Assembly: GCA_005191425.1 (NCBI GenBank)
Contig: SUPR01000019.1
Coordinates: 8,789 to 40,788, forward strand
Direction: 5' to 3'
From: Candidatus Helarchaeota ASGARD archaeon Hel_GB_B
GTDB taxonomy: Archaea; Asgardarchaeota; Lokiarchaeia; Helarchaeales; HEL-GB-B
Length of the DNA stretch: 32,000 bases
Positions 21,072-29,325 of this stretch are shown here, one piece after another (position 1 is the first letter of the stretch; every line of letters begins with the position of its first letter). A program made the translations under genes and the position numbers. The notes beneath the pieces are model-generated. The model was not told the DNA's origin. It saw only the letters and a program-made list of their open reading frames with translations, and did no database searches.

Positions 21072-21422
21072 TTATGTAAAATAATGCAGTTTTTCCAAGT
21101 CTTCTTTTTCATTCTTCTCTTCTATGTCTAGATCCTTCTCAAGTAGTAGCTTTTCAATAAATTCTAAAAGAAAATCACTATCTGCATAGTTCATATGATC
21201 TCGATCTCCATCGTCATTTATTTCTCCAGTTTTTACAAGTTCATCAAAAGCATCCTGAATTTCTTCCTTAGAGATATTTAAATAATCAGCTACTTCATCT
21301 AAAGGGATCTTATTTCTACCAGTTTTTTCATGGAACTGATTACATACTTCTAAAGCATCTTTCGCCAGTCTCAATTTTCTTGCATCTAATTTGTCGATAT
21401 CATAATCGCTTTCTTTCTTCAT
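21072..21422 (-). CDS. Small acidic winged-helix-like protein
   Basis: Likely start ATG 21422 (MKKESD). IPLDEVADYLNISKEEIQDAFDELVKTGEI fits a wHTH pattern. Confidence 0.6.
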   Translation of the reverse strand: MKKESDYDIDKLDARKLRLAKDALEVCNQFHEKTGRNKIPLDEVADYLNISKEEIQDAFDELVKTGEINDDGDRDHMNYADSDFLLEFIEKLLLEKDLDIEEKNEKEDLEKLHYFT

Positions 21423-21791
21423 AATATTCACTAGTATTACTATCATATTTTATCATATTTTTAATTTATGTTTTTAAAAGAAATAAACCGAATTTAAAGA
21501 ATCCTATTTTCATATTTAATACAATTTTTCGCGTTAATATTTTCTACAAATTTTTGTTCATAATCAAGATCTCTGCATTTAAAAATAATTAAATTTAATT
21601 TTTAATGTTATTATTTAAAAAAATTCCCATTTTCAAAATGTTGGTGTTAAAAAACTTACAAAAATATGTAATAAATATTTAAAAATAATTTGAAATAAAT
21701 AGTTTTATAAGAGAAAAAAAGTAAAAATAACTTAGAAATTAGACTCTATTTTAATTAAATTAACAAATATTTAGAATAAAAGGATTTTAAA

Positions 21792-22406
21792 ATGAGTTCA
21801 GAAAACAAAAAAGGATTTAAGCTTAGTTATAAATATTATAAGATGTTATTAAACTTTAAGGAAAAAACAAATATCCCTGAAATTAAAATTCCGGGTGTTA
21901 TTATTAGAAAATATGATAAAGATAAAGATTTTAATAAATTTGTAGATTTATATAATAAAATTAAAGTCCCATTTTATGACCCAAATTATACTGAATCTGA
22001 ATTTAAATTAATCCAAAATGATATGGTCTTTTTAGCTGAAATTGACAATAAATTAGTTGGGTATGTCATCTGTTTTATAAGGGACGCAAAATATGATAAA
22101 GATTCAGAACAATTTTTTGATAAAGAATTAGCGCAATATGTAAATAAAAATGAAAGACTGGGTGTTTTGGGAGAAATTGGTGTACTCGAAGAATATAGGA
22201 GGAGTGGAATTGCAACAGCATTAGCTGCAGAAGTAGGGCGTTACTTTAAAGAGAAAAATGTGGATAAGATCTATGCTGAAGCTTATTCAGAAAATGTTGA
22301 AGCCTTAAAATTTATACAGAGCTTTGGGTTTAAGAAAATTGGTATGGTGGTAGTTACACAAGACGAAGTTAGAAAACCACATCCAAGAAGGATTCGACCG
22401 AGTTAA
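21792..22406 (+). CDS. GNAT family N-acetyltransferase
   Basis: LAEIDNKLVGYV, IGVLEEYRRSGIATAL (acetyl-CoA motif A), NVEALKFIQSFGF. Confidence 0.88.
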   Translation: MSSENKKGFKLSYKYYKMLLNFKEKTNIPEIKIPGVIIRKYDKDKDFNKFVDLYNKIKVPFYDPNYTESEFKLIQNDMVFLAEIDNKLVGYVICFIRDAKYDKDSEQFFDKELAQYVNKNERLGVLGEIGVLEEYRRSGIATALAAEVGRYFKEKNVDKIYAEAYSENVEALKFIQSFGFKKIGMVVVTQDEVRKPHPRRIRPS

Positions 22407-22430
22407 ATTTCTTTTTATATTCGTTTATAT

Positions 22431-23183
22431 TCATTTATTTACGGAGCGGTCGTAAGCAAAAATTCCTAAAAAAATGATTGAAATTGTAAAAATTGTGATC
22501 CCGATCATATCTTGAATTTGTATTTGCCATTGAAAAAGAAGCGACCTTAATATATTAACTCCGAAACTCATTGGATTGAATTGTAATATATAAACTACCA
22601 GATTTGGGAAATAATTTGAGATTATATCAATAGGGTAGAATATTGTAGAACCAAACATCAACCACAAATACACCAAACTTCGAGCTAATGTAAAATTCCG
22701 GCTACCCCTAATCGATGTAGCTAAAATAATTGCCAATGAAGTCATGGAAAGCGAAAAAACTATAATAAAAAATAATATAATCAGAATTTCTAAAATATTC
22801 GGTAATCTAATTAAAATAAATGATGTAATAAGTAGTGGAAATGAATAAACAAGCCCTTGCAAGGCTCCAGCTAATGCCCTGCCTAATATAAAGTCCAATC
22901 TTTTTAAAGGTAAAGAAAGTAAATAAAAATCAAATTTGTTTTCTTTTTCAATATTTATTTTCCGCCCTAAAATGAATGACGCTGAAAATGCAGAAACTAA
23001 AGTTATTCCAGGACTGAAAAATTTCAAATAATTCAGGCCAACAATTAAATTTCCGAGTGTATTTGCCATAATCAACAAATCAATGATATATGATACCATT
23101 AATATTGCGATCCAATAAGTAAACCTGAAAAAGTTCTTAATGTCCATTTTTAAAATTATAACAAATGTTAGTCGGTTTTTCAA
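22431..23183 (-). CDS. ABC-2 type transporter permease
   Basis: Multi-TM protein with FFSPG, LGRALAG, STIFYP, NPMSFGVNILR. Start is TTG 23183 or ATG 23147. Confidence 0.88.
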   Translation of the reverse strand: MKNRLTFVIILKMDIKNFFRFTYWIAILMVSYIIDLLIMANTLGNLIVGLNYLKFFSPGITLVSAFSASFILGRKINIEKENKFDFYLLSLPLKRLDFILGRALAGALQGLVYSFPLLITSFILIRLPNILEILIILFFIIVFSLSMTSLAIILATSIRGSRNFTLARSLVYLWLMFGSTIFYPIDIISNYFPNLVVYILQFNPMSFGVNILRSLLFQWQIQIQDMIGITIFTISIIFLGIFAYDRSVNK

Positions 23184-23959
23184 CTGAATTTTCCACCCTC
23201 CAGTTTTGAAATATATAATTTTAAACTAATAGTCATTAATCCTACTGAGAAAATAATTAAATATAAAACAGGATATGTTATATTTGTAATTTGTTGGACC
23301 CCGGTACTATACCTCAGCAAATCACTGGCATGAGTCAATGGATTTAACCGAGAAGCTAACTTCATCCAGAACATCATTGCAGATTCTGGATAATAAATCG
23401 TCGACAGTCTTATCATAAAAATATCTATTATTCCAATCAAAAAGTCTAATACCATCACAGATTTAATTAATGAACCTAATGTGATCGCAAAACCTGATAG
23501 TCCAAGTCCGAATATGACCAAAATCCCAATTATTAATAATAAGTTTATTATATTTGGAACCCCCACAATTAACAATATTATTATTAAAAATGGTGCGATA
23601 TATATTAAATTTCTAAAAGTTGAACCGAGCATCCTACCAATTACATATTCTGATTTCTTAATTGGCAAACTAAGATAATAATCAACCATACCAGATTGCC
23701 GCTCTCCTGATACACTCCAAGCTGTAAACATTGAAAATGACCATAATGTAAGGACTGACATCCCTATCGCATAATATTGCATATAATTTAAACTGGGAAT
23801 TAAATAATTCAAAATAAATGCATAAATAAATGTTTGGACTATAAATGACAGTGAGTTGGTAAATAAATATAGTTTATTTGCTAATAAATGCTTCCATTCA
23901 CGTTCTATAATTCTTAATATATTATATAATGTATTATTTCTTAGATTTAATATGTTCAA
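23180..23959 (-). CDS. ABC-2 type transporter permease
   Basis: IIEREWK, ERQSG...LPI, IGRMLG, STIYYP, NPLTHASDLLR. Confidence 0.88.
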   Translation of the reverse strand: MNILNLRNNTLYNILRIIEREWKHLLANKLYLFTNSLSFIVQTFIYAFILNYLIPSLNYMQYYAIGMSVLTLWSFSMFTAWSVSGERQSGMVDYYLSLPIKKSEYVIGRMLGSTFRNLIYIAPFLIIILLIVGVPNIINLLLIIGILVIFGLGLSGFAITLGSLIKSVMVLDFLIGIIDIFMIRLSTIYYPESAMMFWMKLASRLNPLTHASDLLRYSTGVQQITNITYPVLYLIIFSVGLMTISLKLYISKLEGGKFS

Positions 23960-24930
23960 CCTCCATTAGTTAAAAGAGACTTTGTATAATAGAAAAAAAC
24001 ATCGTCTAAACTTGGGTTTGTAGTTTCGAGGTTCTTAATAATTATTTTATTGCTCTGAAAAAATTGCAAAATTTCTGGAGTTACCTTTTTAATGTTTCTT
24101 ACTAAAATTTTCATCTCAATTTCATTTGTATTTTCAGAATTTTCTTTAAAATAAATTTCTGAAATATATGGTAAATTTAATAACTGCGATTTTACTTCTT
24201 TAAGTTCTAATTTGCAAGTATTTTTCTCAAAATTAATCATAATAACGTTTCCCGCCGGAATTGAATTTTTCAAATTTTCAGGGCTATCAATTTTTATAAT
24301 TTTACCTTCGTTCATAATTGCGACACGGTCTGACAGGACGTCTGCTTCGTGCATTAAATTTGTAGCTAAAATAATTGTGCTCCCATTTTCGTCATTGAGT
24401 TCTTTTATGTAATCCCAAATTATCTTTTTCATTACGGGGTCTAGAAACGCGGTCGGTTCGTCAAAAATTGCAATTTTTGGCTTGGCGACGAGTACTTTAC
24501 ACACTTCTATTTTTTTTCTGGTCCCTCCAGATAATTTCCAGTTTTTTATTTTTCTATAATCTTCCAATTTTAGTGATTTAATAAGCTCATTTATCCTTTT
24601 ATTTAATTCTACCTTCGGAATTTTATATACTTTCCCATGAAACCGGAGTGTTTCAACTAAATTTAATTGCCAGTCTAATTTTGGGTCTTGAAAACTTACT
24701 GAGATTAATTTACGGACATTATATGGCTGGTCTATGATACTAAATCCTCCTACTTTAGCACTCCCAGAATCTGGCTTTATAATTGTCGCCAATAAATTTA
24801 TCAGAGTCGACTTCCCTGCACCATTTGGACCAAGTAACCCGAATATCTCTCCATCATTAATATTCAAGCTTACATTATCAACTGCAATAATTTTTTTAAA
24901 CTTTTTTGTTAACCCATTTATTTCAATCAT
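23956..24930 (-). CDS. ABC transporter ATP-binding protein (DrrA-like)
   Basis: GPNGAGKST, LSGG, IAIFDEPT, and C-terminal PSLDDVFFYYT. Confidence 0.92.
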   Translation of the reverse strand: MIEINGLTKKFKKIIAVDNVSLNINDGEIFGLLGPNGAGKSTLINLLATIIKPDSGSAKVGGFSIIDQPYNVRKLISVSFQDPKLDWQLNLVETLRFHGKVYKIPKVELNKRINELIKSLKLEDYRKIKNWKLSGGTRKKIEVCKVLVAKPKIAIFDEPTAFLDPVMKKIIWDYIKELNDENGSTIILATNLMHEADVLSDRVAIMNEGKIIKIDSPENLKNSIPAGNVIMINFEKNTCKLELKEVKSQLLNLPYISEIYFKENSENTNEIEMKILVRNIKKVTPEILQFFQSNKIIIKNLETTNPSLDDVFFYYTKSLLTNGG

Positions 24931-25334
24931 TTAACTCTATTCCTAATTTCCTCATCAAGAATATTCACATATTTTTTCAGCATATTACAAATCTCTTTTG
25001 GGATTTCTATTTCATTGTTGTCCTTATAGCAACTACAATCTCTGTCAATTTCACATTCATTATTTATATTTAAAATTATTGGATAAAATTTACAACCTAA
25101 AGGGCGGAATTCATAAATTTTACATATATTTTTATTTCGATTAAAAAAGTAGCAATAACCATTAATATTTCTTAACTTTTGGTATCCGTCTTCGACTACA
25201 ATAAATTCATCTTTTACATACCCTAAACTCTCTAATTTATTAATCTCTGCATTTGTTATCTCCATTTCAGTCTCTTTACAACAATTTCCACATTTTATAC
25301 ATTTTAATTTTAAATCTTCTGGGTTATTAATCAT
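24927..25334 (-). CDS. YkgJ/UPF0153 family cysteine-cluster protein
   Basis: CIKCGNCC, CYFF, CKIYEFRPLGCKFYP. ATGA overlap with the ABC ATPase gene. Confidence 0.88.
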   Translation of the reverse strand: MINNPEDLKLKCIKCGNCCKETEMEITNAEINKLESLGYVKDEFIVVEDGYQKLRNINGYCYFFNRNKNICKIYEFRPLGCKFYPIILNINNECEIDRDCSCYKDNNEIEIPKEICNMLKKYVNILDEEIRNRVK

Positions 25335-25529
25335 TAAATCTACTCTACCTAATTAATAAGTGGTTTGACATATTAAAATTCGTGGTTTCTATGATAAATA
25401 AGTTTTTTTTCTCAATAATTTTATTCGAATAACTTTAATAATCTTAAGAATTAAATAGGATATTACAAAATTAAATTATCATTGTAAAAAATCCTAAGTT
25501 TAGAATCTCAAATCCGAATAGTGATTATG

Positions 25530-25844
25530 ATGCTAAGAAATATTTTAGTCATTCAAGGGAAGGAAATTATTTACAATAGGAAATATGGAGAAACTTATCC
25601 ATGGGAAGCGATTGCACCTTTATATCTATCTTTAACGTATTTTCTTGATGAAATTGTTGATGATGTTGAAATAGATTTCATGAATACTGTCCATTATAAA
25701 ATTGCTTATTCAACTAACTCTTCTGTTCCTGGTAGACCATTGCTTTTTATTTTTGTAACTGATTTGGGCGATCCAAACGATATTATTAAAGAGCAGATCA
25801 CACTTTTTAATAGTGAGGTCTCAAAAATGCTGGGAGGTGTATAA
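25530..25844 (+). CDS. Stand-alone longin-like domain protein
   Basis: MLRNILVIQGKEIIYNRKYG...LLFIFVTDLGDPNDIIKEQI shows the beta-beta-alpha-beta-beta-beta-alpha pattern I recall from longin-like N-termini of Asgard small GTPases. Start may be 25521, 25527 or 25530. Confidence 0.6.
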   Translation: MLRNILVIQGKEIIYNRKYGETYPWEAIAPLYLSLTYFLDEIVDDVEIDFMNTVHYKIAYSTNSSVPGRPLLFIFVTDLGDPNDIIKEQITLFNSEVSKMLGGV

Positions 25845-25845
25845 A

Positions 25846-27291
25846 ATGTCTACAATTCCCGAATTACCTGTTAGTGTAATCCAAGGCGTTGGAGAACAAA
25901 TCACAAAAAAGCTGGGGAAGGTCGGTGTAAAAACTGTTTCAGATCTCGCAGCAATTGAAATCCTTGAAATATCAAAAAAACTTAAAATCCCACAACATAT
26001 CTTAATCGAATTCCGTAAAAAAGCCCGACAATTACGCGAACTCATTTTCGACTTTGAAATAATAAAAAAACTTGAAGATAAAAAGTTGATGATTAATGAT
26101 TTAATTGAACTTTCTATTGAAAAAGTCCAAAAAATTACCGGTCTAAATGAAGAAGATGCTTTAAAACTTTTGGATAAAGTTTCAATCTTAACAATTGTTT
26201 TAGATGCTGAACGTTGTAAAAATCTACCTGTCTCTTCTTTACAAACTAAACCATATATTCCAGAAACCGGTGAACTTGAAAAATTAGTTGATATTAAAAA
26301 AGTAGATACTCTTGCAGATAGTATCCTTAATGAAATTCCGCCTAAAATTTCATTAATAGGATTCTCTGGAACTGGAAAAACTACCATCGGAAATTTAATT
26401 CAAAATGAAGAATTTCCAAAGACTCATCTGCCAACTATGACATTAGATATTGATAATATAGTCATTGGTGGACTACAAAATTGTATTCTATTTGATTGCG
26501 CAGGTCAAGAACAATTTTCTTTTCTCTGGAATCGATTTATTAAAAATTCTGATGCTATTATTTTAGTCACAGACTCACAAGAAGATAATGTAAAAAAATC
26601 AATATTTTTTATTGAACAAATAAGAAAAGAAACCCCTAAAACACCTCTTGCTATTATTGCAAATAAACAAGACCTTCCAAATGCAATGAAGCCGGACAAA
26701 ATTAAAGAGATACTCGGCGGATATAGGACCGAAGGACTTGTAGCTATTGAACGAGAAAATAGAGAAAAAATCTTGACATTAATTGCTGACCTATTAAAAT
26801 TAAGTCCTGAGCTGAAAAATATGATCCCTATCCAGGTAAAAACTGACACTATTATCCGAGAAGCTGAAATTGTCACCCAATACCCAGAATCTGTTGTCAA
26901 TGAAATCAAATCAATTGAAAAAGAAATGGAACAAATTGAAAAAGAAATCAATGACTTAAAACTAGAATTAAAAAAAGAACTCTCCGAAGAAGAAGCAAGA
27001 AACTTACGAATTAAATTAATTGTTTCCAAGGCTAAATTACGAAACAAACAAAATGAAATTAATGCCATTAAACTCAGAAGTGATAGTATTACATGTTTAA
27101 GTTTCGATATACACCAAGGAATGAGAAATGTAAGCTATATAATTCAATGCAAATGTGGTAATATCTATAAAGTCCTTTATGAAGTTGATCGTGGTACTGA
27201 ATCGGTGGTACTTACTTGCCCCGTTTGCGGAAGTGAATATGTCGCCGATGAATCTACATGGAATGAATTAAAATTAGATAGTTTTAAATAA
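25846..27291 (+). CDS. Multidomain Arf-like small GTPase: HhH repeats, GTPase, coiled coil, Zn ribbon
   Basis: ATG 25846 has a GGAGGTG RBS. G1 GFSGTGKTT, G2 PTMT, G3 DCAGQE, G4 ANKQDLPNAM. N-terminal IQGVGEQITKKL...VKTVSDLA HhH, heptad-rich segment, CKCG...CPVCG. Confidence 0.88.
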   Translation: MSTIPELPVSVIQGVGEQITKKLGKVGVKTVSDLAAIEILEISKKLKIPQHILIEFRKKARQLRELIFDFEIIKKLEDKKLMINDLIELSIEKVQKITGLNEEDALKLLDKVSILTIVLDAERCKNLPVSSLQTKPYIPETGELEKLVDIKKVDTLADSILNEIPPKISLIGFSGTGKTTIGNLIQNEEFPKTHLPTMTLDIDNIVIGGLQNCILFDCAGQEQFSFLWNRFIKNSDAIILVTDSQEDNVKKSIFFIEQIRKETPKTPLAIIANKQDLPNAMKPDKIKEILGGYRTEGLVAIERENREKILTLIADLLKLSPELKNMIPIQVKTDTIIREAEIVTQYPESVVNEIKSIEKEMEQIEKEINDLKLELKKELSEEEARNLRIKLIVSKAKLRNKQNEINAIKLRSDSITCLSFDIHQGMRNVSYIIQCKCGNIYKVLYEVDRGTESVVLTCPVCGSEYVADESTWNELKLDSFK

Positions 27292-27368
27292 AATAAAATA
27301 ATTTAAATGATTTCTCTTTTTTTTACATCATTTTTTATTTGAAAAGGAAAAAAATAAAAAGAAATTAT
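27292..27368. terminator. Probable bidirectional T-tract terminator region
   Basis: Plus-strand T-run (TTTCTCTTTTTTTT, 27311-27324) after the GTPase, and a plus-strand A-run (27342-27364, T-run on the minus strand) after the convergent small ORF. Confidence 0.45.
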
Positions 27369-27494
27369 TTATGGGAAAGGCCAAGGAGCCCAAGGATCCG
27401 CAGTAACTGGTTCTTCATTATTTAATCCGAACGCAATTATGTATTTGAATAGGCCTAATAACTTCGTTTCCATTAATTGTTCTAATTCGGTCAT
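27369..27494 (-). CDS. Unannotated 41-aa small protein MTELEQLMETKLLGLFKYIIAFGLNNEEPVTADPWAPWPFP
   Basis: ATG 27494 to TAA 27369, visibly GC-richer than its flanks. TATA-like TTTAAATA ends 22 nt before the ATG, and a T-tract follows the stop. Confidence 0.6.
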   Translation of the reverse strand: MTELEQLMETKLLGLFKYIIAFGLNNEEPVTADPWAPWPFP

Positions 27495-27516
27495 GATAAT
27501 TTTTAATAATAAAATA

Positions 27517-27524
27517 TATTTAAA
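27517..27524 (-). promoter_or_regulatory. Candidate archaeal TATA box for the 41-aa ORF (leaderless spacing)
   Basis: TTTAAATA on the minus strand, centred about 26 nt upstream of ATG 27494. Confidence 0.35.
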
Positions 27525-27774
27525 CCCCACAAATTCTACTTTATGAGCAAAATCTATATGAAAATTTTATCTACTCCTATTTTGAGAATTGCGTCTGAAA
27601 TAATTATTATAACAATCACAATTCGGTATTTTTTCTGACACAATTTTATTTTGTAAAATTAACGCTTAAACCTAATTCAATATGGTACTCCTGCTTGATA
27701 GGTATATAGATAAATTTTTTAGTGATAATGTTGAAAATTCACACTAATATCACCATTTGAGAAAGAGAGAAACA

Positions 27775-28470
27775 ATGAAATTTGAAAAAATAATTGAATG
27801 GGACAAAAATTATTTTATGAAAATTAATCAATATAATAACCAGTTTTTAACAATTATATTTAAAATTATTTCCTTTTTTGGACGTGAATCATTCTGGCTC
27901 TTTTTGATAGCTACTTTTATTTTTATTTATTATTGGCGTCTGCCCTTTATTAGCATTGGACTTTGTCTATTATATGGACTCGGCATTTGTTATATTATAA
28001 AAATAATTATAGATCGAAATAGACCTTACCAAAATAACTTAATTAAAGATAGAGTAAAAAGACGTGAAAATGTTGGGAGCTCATCATCGTTTCCATCATG
28101 GCATACCTATAATATTACTGCACAAATCTTGATTTTTTATTTTATATTTCAGGACTCACTTATTTTATTAATCGGAATACCATTTACTATTTTATTAGGA
28201 ATTTCAAGGATATACCTAGGCGTCCACTATCCCACTGATGTAATTTTTGGCTTTATTTTTGGGGTCATTGGCTACTTCATTACAATATCTACTTTTAATT
28301 GGTGGTATTTTTTAGTGCTCGCAGTCGAAGAATGGGCTGGTTTTGGGGGTCAACCCGACCAAATTATCAATTCTTTTTTTAAATTTCCATGGTATACAAT
28401 TCTGGTTATAATAATATTTGTATTCATCCTAATTTCGTCAATATTCAAATTAATTAAAAGAAATAATTAA
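27775..28470 (+). CDS. PAP2 family membrane phosphatase
   Basis: C1 KIIIDRNRP, C2 SFPSWH, C3 SRIYLGVHYPTDV, and multiple TM helices. ATG 27775 is preferred over TTG 27757. Confidence 0.88.
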   Translation: MKFEKIIEWDKNYFMKINQYNNQFLTIIFKIISFFGRESFWLFLIATFIFIYYWRLPFISIGLCLLYGLGICYIIKIIIDRNRPYQNNLIKDRVKRRENVGSSSSFPSWHTYNITAQILIFYFIFQDSLILLIGIPFTILLGISRIYLGVHYPTDVIFGFIFGVIGYFITISTFNWWYFLVLAVEEWAGFGGQPDQIINSFFKFPWYTILVIIIFVFILISSIFKLIKRNN

Positions 28471-28750
28471 TTATATCCCTAAAAATATCTTAATAATTGT
28501 TTTTGTATTTTCTTTCTAAGATTTTTCCTAGAATCATCCCAAATCGTTAATAAAAGATATTCATTCTAACATAATTTTCTCTTATTAACAAAATTCTACT
28601 CTGTATAATAACCGGAAAACAAAATTTAATTGATATAGTGTATTTGATTAATATGTACTTCTTATCTAAATTGTCTTGAAATTTCAAAAAGTAATTAAAT
28701 TATTGTTATTTAATATATAGTGATTAAAAAAGAAATTTCTGGTGTAGTCA

Positions 28751-29089
28751 TTGAGCCAAGAAAAAGTTTGCAAATTTTGTGGTGCAATAATTAGAGCAGA
28801 GGCTTTATATTGTGATATCTGTGGCAAAAAGCAACCAAATCCAACAAATACACTTGAAATAGCTAAAAATGCAAATAATGATAGAAAAATCAATCATAAT
28901 CAGTTAGATGAAAATATTATTGAATCTGAATTTGCTGAAATTCATGAAAAAATAAAAGAATTAATTATGCAAGGAAAAAATAAAGAAGTAGCAAATAAAT
29001 ACCAGTATCTTGCAAACTTAGCATTTGAATTAGGAAAAGAAGATAAAGCTAATGAATATATTAAAAAAGCCAAATATTTTTTAAGTTAA
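28751..29089 (+). CDS. Zinc-ribbon protein with C-terminal helical (TPR-like) hairpin
   Basis: CKFCG...YCDICG, then EVANKYQYLANLAFELGKEDKANEYIKKA. Confidence 0.65.
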   Translation: MSQEKVCKFCGAIIRAEALYCDICGKKQPNPTNTLEIAKNANNDRKINHNQLDENIIESEFAEIHEKIKELIMQGKNKEVANKYQYLANLAFELGKEDKANEYIKKAKYFLS

Positions 29090-29325
29090 TTAAAACTAAA
29101 TCGCACAAATAAATTTTCCGAATATTTAATTTTTAAATTTTTTTTTAATATTGGTCCAAATTTAGAAGTAAATTCTTTAATTCTATCTTTCTTTTTGTAA
29201 AATCATTCTTTATCGTTCATATATAGAAATAATTATAAAATTTATTGAATATTAATATTTTAAAACTAGATTTTGATCCTTTATTTTCTATCTTTAAAAT
29301 TAATAACACAGAGTCGAGATAAAAT

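Noticed and set aside
15764-24934. Short opposite-strand or off-frame ORFs (15764..16021, 15906..16142, 16941..17180, 18393..18596, 18430..18666, 23481..23678, 24212..24412, 24734..24934)
   Set aside because: Fully overlapped by stronger genes and lacking motifs.
25813-25846. Programmed frameshift fusing the longin and the GTPase
   Set aside because: A strong GGAGGTG RBS precedes ATG 25846 and no clear slippery site lies ahead of the stop. Translational coupling is the simpler explanation.
25821-27068. Long minus-strand ORFs 25821..26387 and 26505..27068
   Set aside because: Antisense to the GTPase. Their Ser/Phe/Ile bias mirrors its Glu/Lys-rich codons.
27543-27747. Small plus-strand ORFs 27543..27638 (31 aa) and 27682..27747 (21 aa)
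   Set aside because: No RBS or compositional signal. Such ORFs are expected by chance in AT-rich DNA.
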